DNA of 64,000 bases, from assembly GCA_031362565.1 (NCBI GenBank), contig JANLSU010000121.1, positions 1 through 64,000 of the forward strand, given 5' to 3'. The notes under the pieces were generated by a model, which saw only the letters and a program-made list of their open reading frames with translations, searched no databases and was not told where the DNA came from. The position numbers and the translations under genes were made by a program. Every line of letters starts with the position of its first letter. Position 1 is the first letter of the stretch. The stretch comes from a bacterium (GTDB taxonomy: Bacteria > Krumholzibacteriota > Krumholzibacteriia > G020349025). Positions 30,719 through 40,600 of this stretch are shown here, piece after piece.

Positions 30719-31827
30719 GGGCCCGGACCCGTGCCGTGTTGCCGCTCGTGGGACTCGCCGGGTTCCTGGCGCTCTGGCAAGCGCTGGTCGTGGTGACGCG
30801 GCCGGCGCCGCTTCGCCGTGCAACACTTGCCTTCTCGTCGGCGCGTGCCGATTCGTGTGCGGCGGTCGTGCTCGGAGCCAAAGGCACGGTCGCCGGCCGG
30901 GCCTGGCTCGCGCTCGACCCGGCGCGCATTGCGACCAGTGCCGGCACGCTGCGCCTGTGGCTTGGGGCGCTTCAACCGACGCTCGCCGCACTACCCCCGA
31001 ACGCCGATGCTCGCCTCCGGCCGCTGCTCGACGCGGCGCAGCGCGACTTCGGTGGCGGCCTGGAACCGTCGCTGGTGCCGGTCGCTGGAGTTCCCGACGC
31101 CGAGCAAGAAGCCGTGGCGCGCGCCACCCGCCTACAGATGGAGAAACTGCGCCATCCGACCTGGCTGCCGAGCCCCATCGCGGCGCTCACCGCGCTCGCG
31201 ACGATGGTACGGAGCGGCGAAATGTTGCGGCACATCATCGCGTCGCTCTTCCGAGTCGGTTGTGGTTTCACGCTCGCGGTCGTCTTGGGCGTGCCGTTCG
31301 GTCTCGCACTCGGAAGCCTGGCTTGGTTGTCGGCGCTCGCGAATACCGTCATCCAATGCTTGCGGCCGATCTCGCCGATCGCTTGGTTGCCGGTCGCGAC
31401 ATTGGCGCTCGGCGGCGGTGACCCGGCGGCCGTGTTCCTCATCTTTCTCGCCGCATTCTTTCCGGTCACGGTGTCGACGGCGGCCGCAACGGCGACCGTC
31501 GATCTCAAGTACCGGCGCTCGGCGCTCAACTTCGGCGTGCGTGGCTTCGCGCTGGCGCGCCACGTGATCCTGCCGGCGACCCTGCCGTCGATCTTGACCG
31601 CGCTACGCATCGGGCTCGGAATCGCCTGGGTCGTGGTCGTGGCTGCCGAGATGCTGGGCGTCGAATCGGGTCTCGGTTTTCTCGTTCTCGATGCGCGTAA
31701 TCAGTTGCGTTACGACCGCGTCGTGGCGGCGATGATCGTCATCGGCCTCATCGGGCTCGGACTCGACACGGTCGTGCGCCGTCTCGAACAAGCCGAGCTC
31801 GAACGCCGTGGGGTGGTGGCCCGATGA
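30715..31827 (+). CDS. ABC permease (SsuC/TauC type) with an extra extracytoplasmic insertion
   Basis: LPSP, LRPISPIAWLP, LRIGLGIAWVVVVAAEM; ATGA overlap with the binding-protein gene. Confidence 0.9.
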   Translation: MRARTRAVLPLVGLAGFLALWQALVVVTRPAPLRRATLAFSSARADSCAAVVLGAKGTVAGRAWLALDPARIATSAGTLRLWLGALQPTLAALPPNADARLRPLLDAAQRDFGGGLEPSLVPVAGVPDAEQEAVARATRLQMEKLRHPTWLPSPIAALTALATMVRSGEMLRHIIASLFRVGCGFTLAVVLGVPFGLALGSLAWLSALANTVIQCLRPISPIAWLPVATLALGGGDPAAVFLIFLAAFFPVTVSTAAATATVDLKYRRSALNFGVRGFALARHVILPATLPSILTALRIGLGIAWVVVVAAEMLGVESGLGFLVLDARNQLRYDRVVAAMIVIGLIGLGLDTVVRRLEQAELERRGVVAR

Positions 31828-32594
31828 CCGGCGCCCAAGCGCGCGTCAAGATCCGCGTCGCGGGTCTCGTCAAGACGTTCTGGGCCCGCAAGGCGGCGGT
31901 TTCGGTTCTGCAAGGCATCGATCTCGAAGTGCGCGAGGGCGAGTTCCTGGCGATCGTTGGGCCATCGGGCTGCGGCAAGACGACGCTGCTCAACTGCATC
32001 GCGGGCTTCGACGCGATCGACGCGGGAAGCATCGAGATCGACGGCGAGTTGGTGCGCGAGCCATCGAGCCGCCGGGTTTTCGTCTTTCAGGAACCGGGCA
32101 TCTTCCCGTGGCTCGATGTGCGCGGCAACATCGGTTTTGGCTTGCCGCGCCGGTTGCCGGCCGCTGACCGGGCGGCAATCGTGGCGCGTTACGTCGACCT
32201 GGTGGGATTGCAGGGTTTCGAGGCCGCGTTGCCGAGCGAACTGTCGGGCGGCATGAAGCAACGCGTCGAGTTCGCGCGCGCGCTCGCCGTCGAACCGGAT
32301 GTGCTCTTCCTGGACGAACCGTTCGGCGCGCTCGACTCACTGACCCGGCTCGAGATGCGGCGCGAGATCGTCCGGATCTGGAAGGCGACGGGCAAAACCT
32401 GTTTGCTGGTCACCCACGACGTCGAAGAAGCGTGCGAGCTGGCGGACCGGATCGCGGTCATGAGCCGGCGCCCGGCGACCTTGCGGGAGATCGTCGACAA
32501 CCCACTCCCGCGCCCGCGCGACCCCGACACCGCGGAGTTCTGCCGGCTCAAGGAACACCTGTTCAGCACCCTCGGAGTCGAGCGGCGGGTGTGA
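31824..32594 (+). CDS. ABC ATP-binding protein (SsuB/TauB type)
   Basis: GPSGCGKT, LSGGMKQR, LDEPFGALD, VTHD. Confidence 0.95.
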   Translation: MTGAQARVKIRVAGLVKTFWARKAAVSVLQGIDLEVREGEFLAIVGPSGCGKTTLLNCIAGFDAIDAGSIEIDGELVREPSSRRVFVFQEPGIFPWLDVRGNIGFGLPRRLPAADRAAIVARYVDLVGLQGFEAALPSELSGGMKQRVEFARALAVEPDVLFLDEPFGALDSLTRLEMRREIVRIWKATGKTCLLVTHDVEEACELADRIAVMSRRPATLREIVDNPLPRPRDPDTAEFCRLKEHLFSTLGVERRV

Positions 32595-32626
32595 CGCGCC
32601 GGCGTGGAGTTCAACACGCCGGCGCG
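32595..32626. terminator. 12-bp stem hairpin between convergent genes
   Basis: CGCGCCGGCGTG-GAGTTCAA-CACGCCGGCGCG. Confidence 0.65.
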
Positions 32627-32677
32627 AATTTCGAATCGAGACGCGGGCGCGGCATGCTGCCACGCGCGGCGCATCGA

Positions 32678-33415
32678 TCAGTGCTGGTACAGATTCTTGA
32701 CGTTGCCCCAGGTGCTCGATTCAACGCCGACCGATCCGCCGTTCCCCGTCGCCATCCGAATCGTGCCCGTGGTGCTCCCCGAGCGGCCAGCGAGAACACT
32801 TCCCGGTGCGCCGATGAAATCGATGCGGTACGTGATGTCGAAGAAGCTGTCCACGGCCCACTGGTTGCCGGGGAGCTGGGTCAGCGTCGTGTGACCCGGG
32901 CTCGGCATTCCGAATCCGGTCCCTGCGGTGATGCGCAGCAGGTCGAAGTCCGGGTCGCCGGTGATCTGCCCCTGCAGCCCGAACATGTCGGTGTCGAACG
33001 ACTGAAGCGGGTTTCCGGGCGTGCGTGGTGCGACGTCGGTCGCGCACTGGGCCGTCATGTTGATGGTGCGATGCAGCACGAGAGCGCCCGTGCCGTTCAG
33101 AACCAAGGTCAACGCCGAACCGAAGGTCTCGTGCCCGCCGCCCAAGGGTCCACCGGGTGTGTGCGTGATGTTGAAGAAGCGATCATGCTGGGCTCCGACG
33201 GTGATCGTCGTCCCGGGCGGCAAGCCGTCGATCATCTCGTGCAGGTCGGTTGGACTGACGTAGCCGCACGGATTCGGCGGTAGATCCACCGTTCCACCGC
33301 CATTGTCCGGCACAGTGCAAGGGACAGCGAAAGCGACCAGCGGCAACGCCGTCACGGCGAGTGCCGCCAGAATCATCGAGGCGCGTAGTCCTCTGTCAAA
33401 GCGCGGTGGATGCAT
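32678..33415 (-). CDS. Secreted 'SFFD' beta-rich protein, paralog A, with TWGxxKxLY tail
   Basis: 245 aa; signal peptide, PCTVPDNGGGTVDLPPNPC, SFDTDM, SPGHTTL, DSFFDITY, ends SSTWGNVKNLYQH. Confidence 0.85.
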   Translation of the reverse strand: MHPPRFDRGLRASMILAALAVTALPLVAFAVPCTVPDNGGGTVDLPPNPCGYVSPTDLHEMIDGLPPGTTITVGAQHDRFFNITHTPGGPLGGGHETFGSALTLVLNGTGALVLHRTINMTAQCATDVAPRTPGNPLQSFDTDMFGLQGQITGDPDFDLLRITAGTGFGMPSPGHTTLTQLPGNQWAVDSFFDITYRIDFIGAPGSVLAGRSGSTTGTIRMATGNGGSVGVESSTWGNVKNLYQH

Positions 33416-33476
33416 GAGACTCTCCGGATGTACGAGGACGTAACGATTCAACCTTCACCTACGGTCCGAAGCCAGT

Positions 33477-33508
33477 CGCGCCGGCGTGGAGTTCACCACG
33501 CCAGCGTG
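33477..33508. terminator. Duplicated hairpin downstream of paralog B
   Basis: CGCGCCGGCGTGGAGTTCACCACGCCAGCGTG, a degenerate copy of 32595-32626. Confidence 0.55.
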
Positions 33509-33556
33509 AGTTTCGATCAAGATGCTGGCGCAGCGGCTGCCACGCGGGCGCATCGA

Positions 33557-34294
33557 TCAGTGCTGGTACAAATTCTTGACGTTACCCCAAGTGCTCGGCT
33601 CGACGCCGACCGCACCCGGGTCGCCCGCCTGCATGCGAATCGTACCGGTCGTGCTGCCCGAGTGGCCGCCGAGAACGCTGCCTGGATGACCGACGAAATC
33701 GATGCGGTATGTAATGTCGAAGAAACTGTCCACGGCCCAGGTGTTGCCGGGTAGCTGGGTCAGCGTCGTGTGACCCGGGCTCGGCATCCCGAACCCCGTC
33801 CCCGCCGTGATGCGCAGCAGATCGAAGTCCGGGTCGCCGATGATCTGTCCTTGCAGCATGAACATGTCGGTGTCGAACGACTGAACCGGGGCTCCCGGGG
33901 TGCGAGGTGCAACGTGGGTTTCGCACTGCGCCGTCATGAAAATGTTGCGGCTCAGCACCAAGCCATCTGTTCCGTTCAGTACCAGGGACAACCCGGAACT
34001 GAAGTGCTCAAGCTCGCCGCCTAAAGATCCACCAGGGTTGCGCACGACGTTGAAGAAATCCCGATGCTGCGCACCGACCTGGATCGTCGTGCCGGGCGGC
34101 AGTCCGTCGATCATTTCGTGCAGGTCGCTCGGACTCACATAGCCGCAGGGATTGGGCGGCAGATCGACGGTGCCGCCGCCGTTGTCCGGCACCGTGCACG
34201 GTGCAGCATGAGCCAGCATCGGTAATGCCATTAGAGCGAGTGCCGCGAGAACGGTTGCGGCGCGTAGTCCTCTTTCAAAGCGCAGTTGATGCAT
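33557..34294 (-). CDS. Secreted 'SFFD' beta-rich protein, paralog B, with TWGxxKxLY tail
   Basis: 245 aa, highly similar to paralog A; ends PSTWGNVKNLYQH. Confidence 0.85.
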   Translation of the reverse strand: MHQLRFERGLRAATVLAALALMALPMLAHAAPCTVPDNGGGTVDLPPNPCGYVSPSDLHEMIDGLPPGTTIQVGAQHRDFFNVVRNPGGSLGGELEHFSSGLSLVLNGTDGLVLSRNIFMTAQCETHVAPRTPGAPVQSFDTDMFMLQGQIIGDPDFDLLRITAGTGFGMPSPGHTTLTQLPGNTWAVDSFFDITYRIDFVGHPGSVLGGHSGSTTGTIRMQAGDPGAVGVEPSTWGNVKNLYQH

Positions 34295-34491
34295 GAGACC
34301 CTCCGATGTACGAGGACACGACGATCTCTCGTTCGGTCGAAAGAACCCGCTACAGGGGCTCGCAACCGGTGTATGGTACCTTGAAGCTCTAAAACCTTCA
34401 TGCTTACTTTATACTTCCGAATCCAGGGTCGCAACGGCGTTTTTCGGGGTTTGGCCTTGGGGACGCGTCCCGCAGGGGGGGCCAGTAGGTA

Positions 34492-37197
34492 GTGTTACGA
34501 CTCCAGGCCCTACCCCGGCTCGCGATCCGGCGCCCGGCGCTCGTCACGACCGTCGCCTGCGTGGCCGTACTGGCCATGGCGCCCGGCATGCGCCGGCTCG
34601 AGTTGCGGACTGACGGCCATTCGCTCGTGCCCCCTGGCGACCCCACGGTCCTGTACGACCGGTCCATGCGCCAGGAATTCGGCGTCACGGATCCTCTCAT
34701 CGTCCTGATTCATTCTCACGACCGCGACGGCATCTTCAACGACCGCACGTTGCAGCTCGTGCGCGATTTGACCCAGAAGGCGATGCAACTTCCTGGCGTC
34801 CACGCCCCGGACGTCCTCAGCCTGGCCACCGAAAAGAGTGACCGTTTCCGGGCTGGATCGCTCGAGCACCGATCCTTTCTCGAGCCCTTTCCCGCGACTG
34901 CCGCCGAACGCTTCGAGCTGCGGGACGACCTGCGGGCGATTCGCCTCTATCAGGGCACGTTGATTTCCGCCGACGAATCGGCGACCGCCGTCTTCATCGG
35001 CGCGCCGGAAGGCGCGGACCGAACGGCTCTGTGCAATGCAGTCGAAGATCTCTGCGCGCCCTACGACTCGCCACAGGACGAAGTGCGTGTCCTCGGCGCG
35101 CCCGTTGTCGAGTCGCGACTCGGGGCCCACATTTTGGCCGACCTCGGCTTGCCGGCGCGCGCCATTCACGCCCCGCGCGAACAGTCCGGCGCAGCTCCGC
35201 CGGCATCATTCGGCGAACTGCAACGTTTCGTCGGCCAGCACGTCGGTCTCTTGCCGCTCGTACTGGCGATCATGGCGTTAGTTTTCCTGGTGAGCTATCG
35301 CAGTGCGGTGGCGGTGTTGTTGCCGCTCCTCGAAGTCGGAGCGTGTCTGGTCTTCGTCTTCGGCCTGATGGGTTGGCTCAACGTTCCCGTGTACCTGACG
35401 ATGGCAGTAATGCCGGTGATCCTCGTTGCCATGGGCGTCACCGACGAAATTCACGTCTTTGCACACTATGCAGCGCGGCGCCGGCAACAGCCGGAGGAAC
35501 CCCGTGCCGCCTCGGTCCGCGCGACTCTCGACGAGATTGGGTCGCCGATCATCAAGACGTCGCTCACCACCGCGCTCGGTTTCTTTTCGTTTGCGTTGTC
35601 ACCGCTGCCGCCGCTGCAAGCCTTCGGCATCTTTACCGGGCTCGGCATGGTGTTCTGCATGCTCTGGTCGCTGACGGTGATCCCGGCGTTGCTCGTGCTG
35701 TGGGGGCCGCGGCGGGCTGCCGGGCGCGGTGCCGAGGGCGGGCGTCTCGGCGCGGTGCTTGGACGAGTCGCGCTCGCGGTCGCACGCCATCACCGCGCGG
35801 TGCTCGTGGTGCTGCTCTTGGTGCTCGTGGTCCTGCCGTTCGGAATCCGGCGGCTCGTGGTGCAGGACAGTTGGATCGGTGCCTTCGCGCCCGAGAGCGA
35901 GTTATACCAAACGACCCAAGCCTTCAACGCGCAGTTCTTCGGTACCCACACGTTGTACGTGACGGTCGATACCGACTCGTTCGTCGTGCGTGGACAATTG
36001 CCCCCCGTCGACGTCGATCACCACACGTTGCTCCTGCCGGCCGGCGTTAGCGTCGATCCGGCGCGCCTCGTTGGCGCCTGGGTGGATGTGCGGCGTCCGG
36101 GCACAACCGGGCTCGAGAATCCGCCGCCGCACGGGCCGCTGCGCTGGAACCGGTGGCAGTCCTGGATCGAAACCGCGGCGCGCGACGGCGACCGCATCCG
36201 GGTCACCATGCCGCTGCGCTCCGGCTCGCCCAAGTTCTTCATCGATCCGCAGCCGGAGGAAAAGCTCGATTTCGAGATCCGGTCGCAGCGTTTGGAAACG
36301 GCGGCGACACTGCGGGAGATTGCCGGACTCGAAACCTTCATACGCGGACGAGTCGACGACACTGTCGGCGGCGTCCTCGGTCCGCCCGACTACATCGCAA
36401 CGACGCAATTCATCGTCAAGAGCCGCGACGAAGCGCAACGCACGATCCCGGACGATCCGGAGCGCATCCGCTGGCTGTGGAGCCAATACGGTCGAGTCCG
36501 CGGCACCGAACGGCTGCGCGAGGTCGTGAACCCGCACTACACGCGCGGCCTGGTCGCGGTGTATCTCAAGAATGCCAACTACATCGACACCGAGCGCCTC
36601 GTCCAGGCCATCCGGACCTACGAGGCCGAACATTTGCATGCCTCCGGCATCCAGCTCGGGTTCGCCGGCGACGTGGGCGTCAGTCAAGGCTTCATCAAGG
36701 CGATCGTCACCGGGCAACTGCGTTCACTCTTCGGATCCTTGGCCGGCATCCTGGTGATCACGGTGCTGCTGTCGCGTTCCTGGCGCTGGGGGGCGATCTG
36801 TGTCGTGCCGTGCGCCTTCGCGGTGATCCTGTGCTTCGCGGGCATGGGCTGGATCGGCATCCCACTCGGCGTGGCGACTTCGATGTTCGCGAGCATGGTG
36901 TTGGGCGTCGGGGTCGATTACGCGATTCATTTGACCGATCGTTGCCGCACCGAACTGGCGCGCGGTGCGCGGCGCGATGCCGCAATCGCAGCCGCCGCGC
37001 GCGCCGTCGGCCCGGCGATCGTCGTCGACGCAGTGGCCGTGGCGCTCGGATTCGGGGTGCTCACCTTCAGCCAGGTGCCCGCCAATGCGCGGCTCGGTTT
37101 GATGACCGCCCTCTGCATCGCCGGCGCGCTCGTGCTGACGTTTTCTGCCTTGCCAGCGTTAATGGCGGCGGCTGTCGGGTCCAGGACCAAGAAGTAG
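34492..37197 (+). CDS. MMPL/RND-family transporter
   Basis: Two membrane halves with MGVTDEIH and GVGVDYAIH motifs, TSLTTALGF, and large extracytoplasmic loops. Confidence 0.9.
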   Translation: MLRLQALPRLAIRRPALVTTVACVAVLAMAPGMRRLELRTDGHSLVPPGDPTVLYDRSMRQEFGVTDPLIVLIHSHDRDGIFNDRTLQLVRDLTQKAMQLPGVHAPDVLSLATEKSDRFRAGSLEHRSFLEPFPATAAERFELRDDLRAIRLYQGTLISADESATAVFIGAPEGADRTALCNAVEDLCAPYDSPQDEVRVLGAPVVESRLGAHILADLGLPARAIHAPREQSGAAPPASFGELQRFVGQHVGLLPLVLAIMALVFLVSYRSAVAVLLPLLEVGACLVFVFGLMGWLNVPVYLTMAVMPVILVAMGVTDEIHVFAHYAARRRQQPEEPRAASVRATLDEIGSPIIKTSLTTALGFFSFALSPLPPLQAFGIFTGLGMVFCMLWSLTVIPALLVLWGPRRAAGRGAEGGRLGAVLGRVALAVARHHRAVLVVLLLVLVVLPFGIRRLVVQDSWIGAFAPESELYQTTQAFNAQFFGTHTLYVTVDTDSFVVRGQLPPVDVDHHTLLLPAGVSVDPARLVGAWVDVRRPGTTGLENPPPHGPLRWNRWQSWIETAARDGDRIRVTMPLRSGSPKFFIDPQPEEKLDFEIRSQRLETAATLREIAGLETFIRGRVDDTVGGVLGPPDYIATTQFIVKSRDEAQRTIPDDPERIRWLWSQYGRVRGTERLREVVNPHYTRGLVAVYLKNANYIDTERLVQAIRTYEAEHLHASGIQLGFAGDVGVSQGFIKAIVTGQLRSLFGSLAGILVITVLLSRSWRWGAICVVPCAFAVILCFAGMGWIGIPLGVATSMFASMVLGVGVDYAIHLTDRCRTELARGARRDAAIAAAARAVGPAIVVDAVAVALGFGVLTFSQVPANARLGLMTALCIAGALVLTFSALPALMAAAVGSRTKK

Positions 37198-37242
37198 GCC
37201 CGCGCCGCGGTCACGGGCGGTGGCGCCCGCCTTTTGCCGCGA

Positions 37243-37662
37243 TCACGCGAACGGACGCAGGGCGGCGAGAAGATCGTCCGGCACCTCGGCCGCGACCATG
37301 GCGTTGCCGCTTCGGCGCATGAAGGCGATTTGCTGCTCGCCGCGCGCCACCAACTCTTCGCCGCCGTCGTGCGACCGCCAGTACTCGAACCGCAGTGTCA
37401 TGCGATTTTGCGCCAGCGTTCCCAAGCGCATCCGGACATGCACTTGATCGAAGGCTGAAAGCTCTTGCAAGTAGTCGCACGAACAGCGGGTGGTGACCAG
37501 GCAGAGACCCGTTGCGATGTCGTCGAGCACGCTCGGCGCGTGGTCGCGTAAGAACATCTCACGGCAGCGTCCCTGCCAGCGTACGTGGTTCACGTAGTAG
37601 ACATTGCCGAGCAGATTGGTTTCCTCGAACCCCACCGTGTGCAGATACTCATACGCCTGCAT
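37243..37662 (-). CDS. Enediyne-type hotdog thioesterase (E10; SgcE10/CalE7/DynE7-like)
   Basis: YEYLHTVGFEETNLLGNVYYVNHVRWQGRCREMFL; overlaps the PKS stop. Confidence 0.95.
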   Translation of the reverse strand: MQAYEYLHTVGFEETNLLGNVYYVNHVRWQGRCREMFLRDHAPSVLDDIATGLCLVTTRCSCDYLQELSAFDQVHVRMRLGTLAQNRMTLRFEYWRSHDGGEELVARGEQQIAFMRRSGNAMVAAEVPDDLLAALRPFA

Positions 37663-40600
37663 GGCGCCCCCCGGCGAATACTGCGAACGCCAGCCGCTCC
37701 GCCGCCGGCTGGAGCACCCCGACGAAGGTCGTGATCAACGCATCGCCCGCCGCCAGCATCACCCAGCCGTCGGTGGTGGTCGAGCGTAGAAGGATTGGCG
37801 TTTCGGAGGCAACACCCGCCTTCTTCAGGCATTCGATCACCGTCCAAACCCGCGTCAGCGAATCCGCGAGATTCTCGCCCGACTCGCGCGCGACCTGCAC
37901 GGCGAGTGCGTAGCGTTGCGCGCCGAGCAACCCGTGCCACTCGTCAGAGGGGCGCTCGACAACGGGTTCGACGTCGCAGCCGAGCGTCCCCGCACCGGCG
38001 ACAGCCAGCATCAGCGCTCCCGCGTGTGATACCGAGACCGTGAGATCCGGCTCCGACGGAAGTTCCGGCTTACCGTCGGGACGATGTACCACGGAGGAAC
38101 GCCGCGCCAACGCCACTTCGAAAGCCCGTGCCGGGTCGTCGCTCCCAGCGGCGCCGTCCCGTTGTAGCGCCACACCGATGGTAAGACCGGGAACGAGGTC
38201 ATCGAGCCGGCGCTGCAAGTAGGGTGCGAGCAATGGCGCACTCCACGCCTTCGGTGCCTTCGTTGGCCCCACGGCGCGGAGCGTAAGGCCGCTCCAATGC
38301 TCGAGCACAGCGCCATCGGGCGTGGTGATTTCGAGATCGTAGATGAACGTGTCACCGTCACGGTGGCGCTCCCGAGCCCGCACCGCGAACGCCTGGCCGC
38401 TGGGCAGCCGGTTGATTTCGAGGCGCTCGATGGCAATCGGCAGCAGGGTGCGATGCGGGATGCAAGCCTGGAGGGCGTGAATTGCGGCGTCGCGCGCCCC
38501 GGGATCGCCGAGCACCAGGGACGCCGGCAGGTAGGTCCCGAACCATGCTGTCGCCCCGTCCGCGGAGATTTCGGCCAGGCATTCGGTGGCCCGCAACCAA
38601 CGGTAGCCACTGACGCGACGGAACCGCCCGTCTTGGAACAACACCGAACCATAGAGATCGGCTTCGGGTTCGAAGGCAAGCCGGCCGTCGACGAGGCTAT
38701 CGCCCGCGAGCGCAACTCGACTGGGAGTTTCACCCGGGACTGCATTGAACCGGCAGCGGGCACGGAAGTGATCGACTTGGAACTGGGTGCGCGACGCGCG
38801 CAGGGCCACGTCGACAACACCCGGCTCGCGCACCAGGGCCGCGACGCGGATGGTCTCGGTGCCATCGCGCGGCACGACGATGGGGCGCGCGAACTCCACG
38901 GCTTCGAACACCGGCGGCGTTGTAGCGCCGGTAATCGCCATTGCGGCTTCGGCCATCGCTTCGAGCCCCAGGACCGCCGGGAAGAGCGGGTCGCCGGCCA
39001 GAGTGTGATCCGCGAGATACGGGTCCGAGTCGCGCGACAACTCGACATCCACTACGAGTTCGATGCCGGGGTACAGCACGCGCGGTTGTTCGAGAAAGCG
39101 CCAGAGCGGCAAGCGCGCCGCTTCGAGTTTCAACGTCGCTTGCACGCCGAAGCGACCGGCCACCAGGATCGATGGATCCGGAAGGTCCGTGTCGATCAGG
39201 CGGCCGAGCCACTGCACGCCAACGTCGACCGGGATCGGCGTGATGCCATCACGCACGAGGGCTTCCAACCGGCCGAGCCGCTCGCCCATTCCAGCGCCGG
39301 ACCACACGGACCATTCGATCGTCAAGCAGCGGCACGCGGGGTGGTCCGCCTGAAAACGCCGCACCCAACCTGCAAGCCACTCGTTCGCGGCCGCGTAGTC
39401 GGCTTCGCCGCGCATTCCGGTGCGCGCGATGATCGAACCGAAAGCCACGAACAGTTTGAGCCGCGACGCATCGACCGCGGCGGCAAGATTCCGCGCGCCG
39501 GCGAGCTTCGGTGCCGCGGTGGCGAGAAAATCCGCCGCGTCGAGCGCACTGAGCGGCCGTGGGATGTTGGTTCCGGCGCCGTGCAGCACACCGGTCACGG
39601 GTCCGAGCGCTGCTTCGATCTCGCCGACCGCATCGCGCAAGCGCTCGGCCGCGGCAACGTCGGCGACGGCGTAGTGGAACCGCACGCCGCTGGCGCGGAA
39701 GCGTTCGAGATTTTGCGCCAGCACCGAATCGGTATCCGGATGGGCGCGACCCACGAGGCCGAGCCGCACGCTGTACTTCCGGGCGAGCCCCAGCGCGCAC
39801 TCGGCCGCGATCCCCTTGCCGCCACCGGTCACGAGCAGCACGTCGTCGGGGCCGAGCGCTAAGGGCGCGTGCAACAACGGCCCTCCAGGAGCGAGGACGG
39901 GTTCGCGTCGAATTCCATCGCGGCCATAGGCCACGGCGCGGAAACCTGACGCGGCTTGCGCTTCATCCGCCACCCAAGCTGCGACACGAGGATCATCGCG
40001 CGGCACGTCGACGATGCAGGTGGCTGTTTCCGGCGATTCGAGATGCAGCGAGCGCGCGAACCCGCCGCCACCGCCGTCGCATTGCACGACGACGAAGCAC
40101 CCGGTCGTGCGACGCGGCCAAAGTGCGCGCGCGGCTTCGAGAAGCAACGTTGCACAGCGCTCGTCGGGTTCGGGCGGCAGAATCACGATGACACCCTCGC
40201 CGCTACTCTTGGCGCCGAGCGCCCGCTCGATCGCACCTGCGAGTGGATCGCCTGGCGACGCGAATACGCTCCATACGCCATGCGTACTGGCCGGTGCGTT
40301 GCCGGGCCCGGGACAATCCAGCCACCGGGTCACGAACGGCCGCACCCATGCATCGACGCCGGCCGGAACCGCGGGCGCGGCCAAAGCCGTGCCGGTGCCG
40401 TGTGTCGCGCTCAACTCTTCGAGCGCCCGCGCCAGTTCACCGACGGTGGCGCCGGCGTACGCAGTAGGATCAGCGGGTGGCGGCAACCCGAGGCGCGTCG
40501 CCGCTTCGACGGCCACCTGACCAACGACGATCGAATTCAGATGCAGATCGCCGAGGAGCCGATGTTGATCGCTCACGGATTCGACCGGCAATTCGATCCG

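Larger units (their letters stand above)
32595..34320. repeat. Tandem duplication of ~850-880 bp (gene + leader + hairpin)
   Basis: Units about 32595-33440 and 33477-34320 share coding sequence, the CATGAGAC..GATGTACGAGGAC leader and the hairpin. Confidence 0.9.

Noticed and set aside
32678..34294. Classical neocarzinostatin/CagA-type apoprotein
   Set aside because: About twice the size and no recognisable similarity; kept only as a functional-analogue hypothesis
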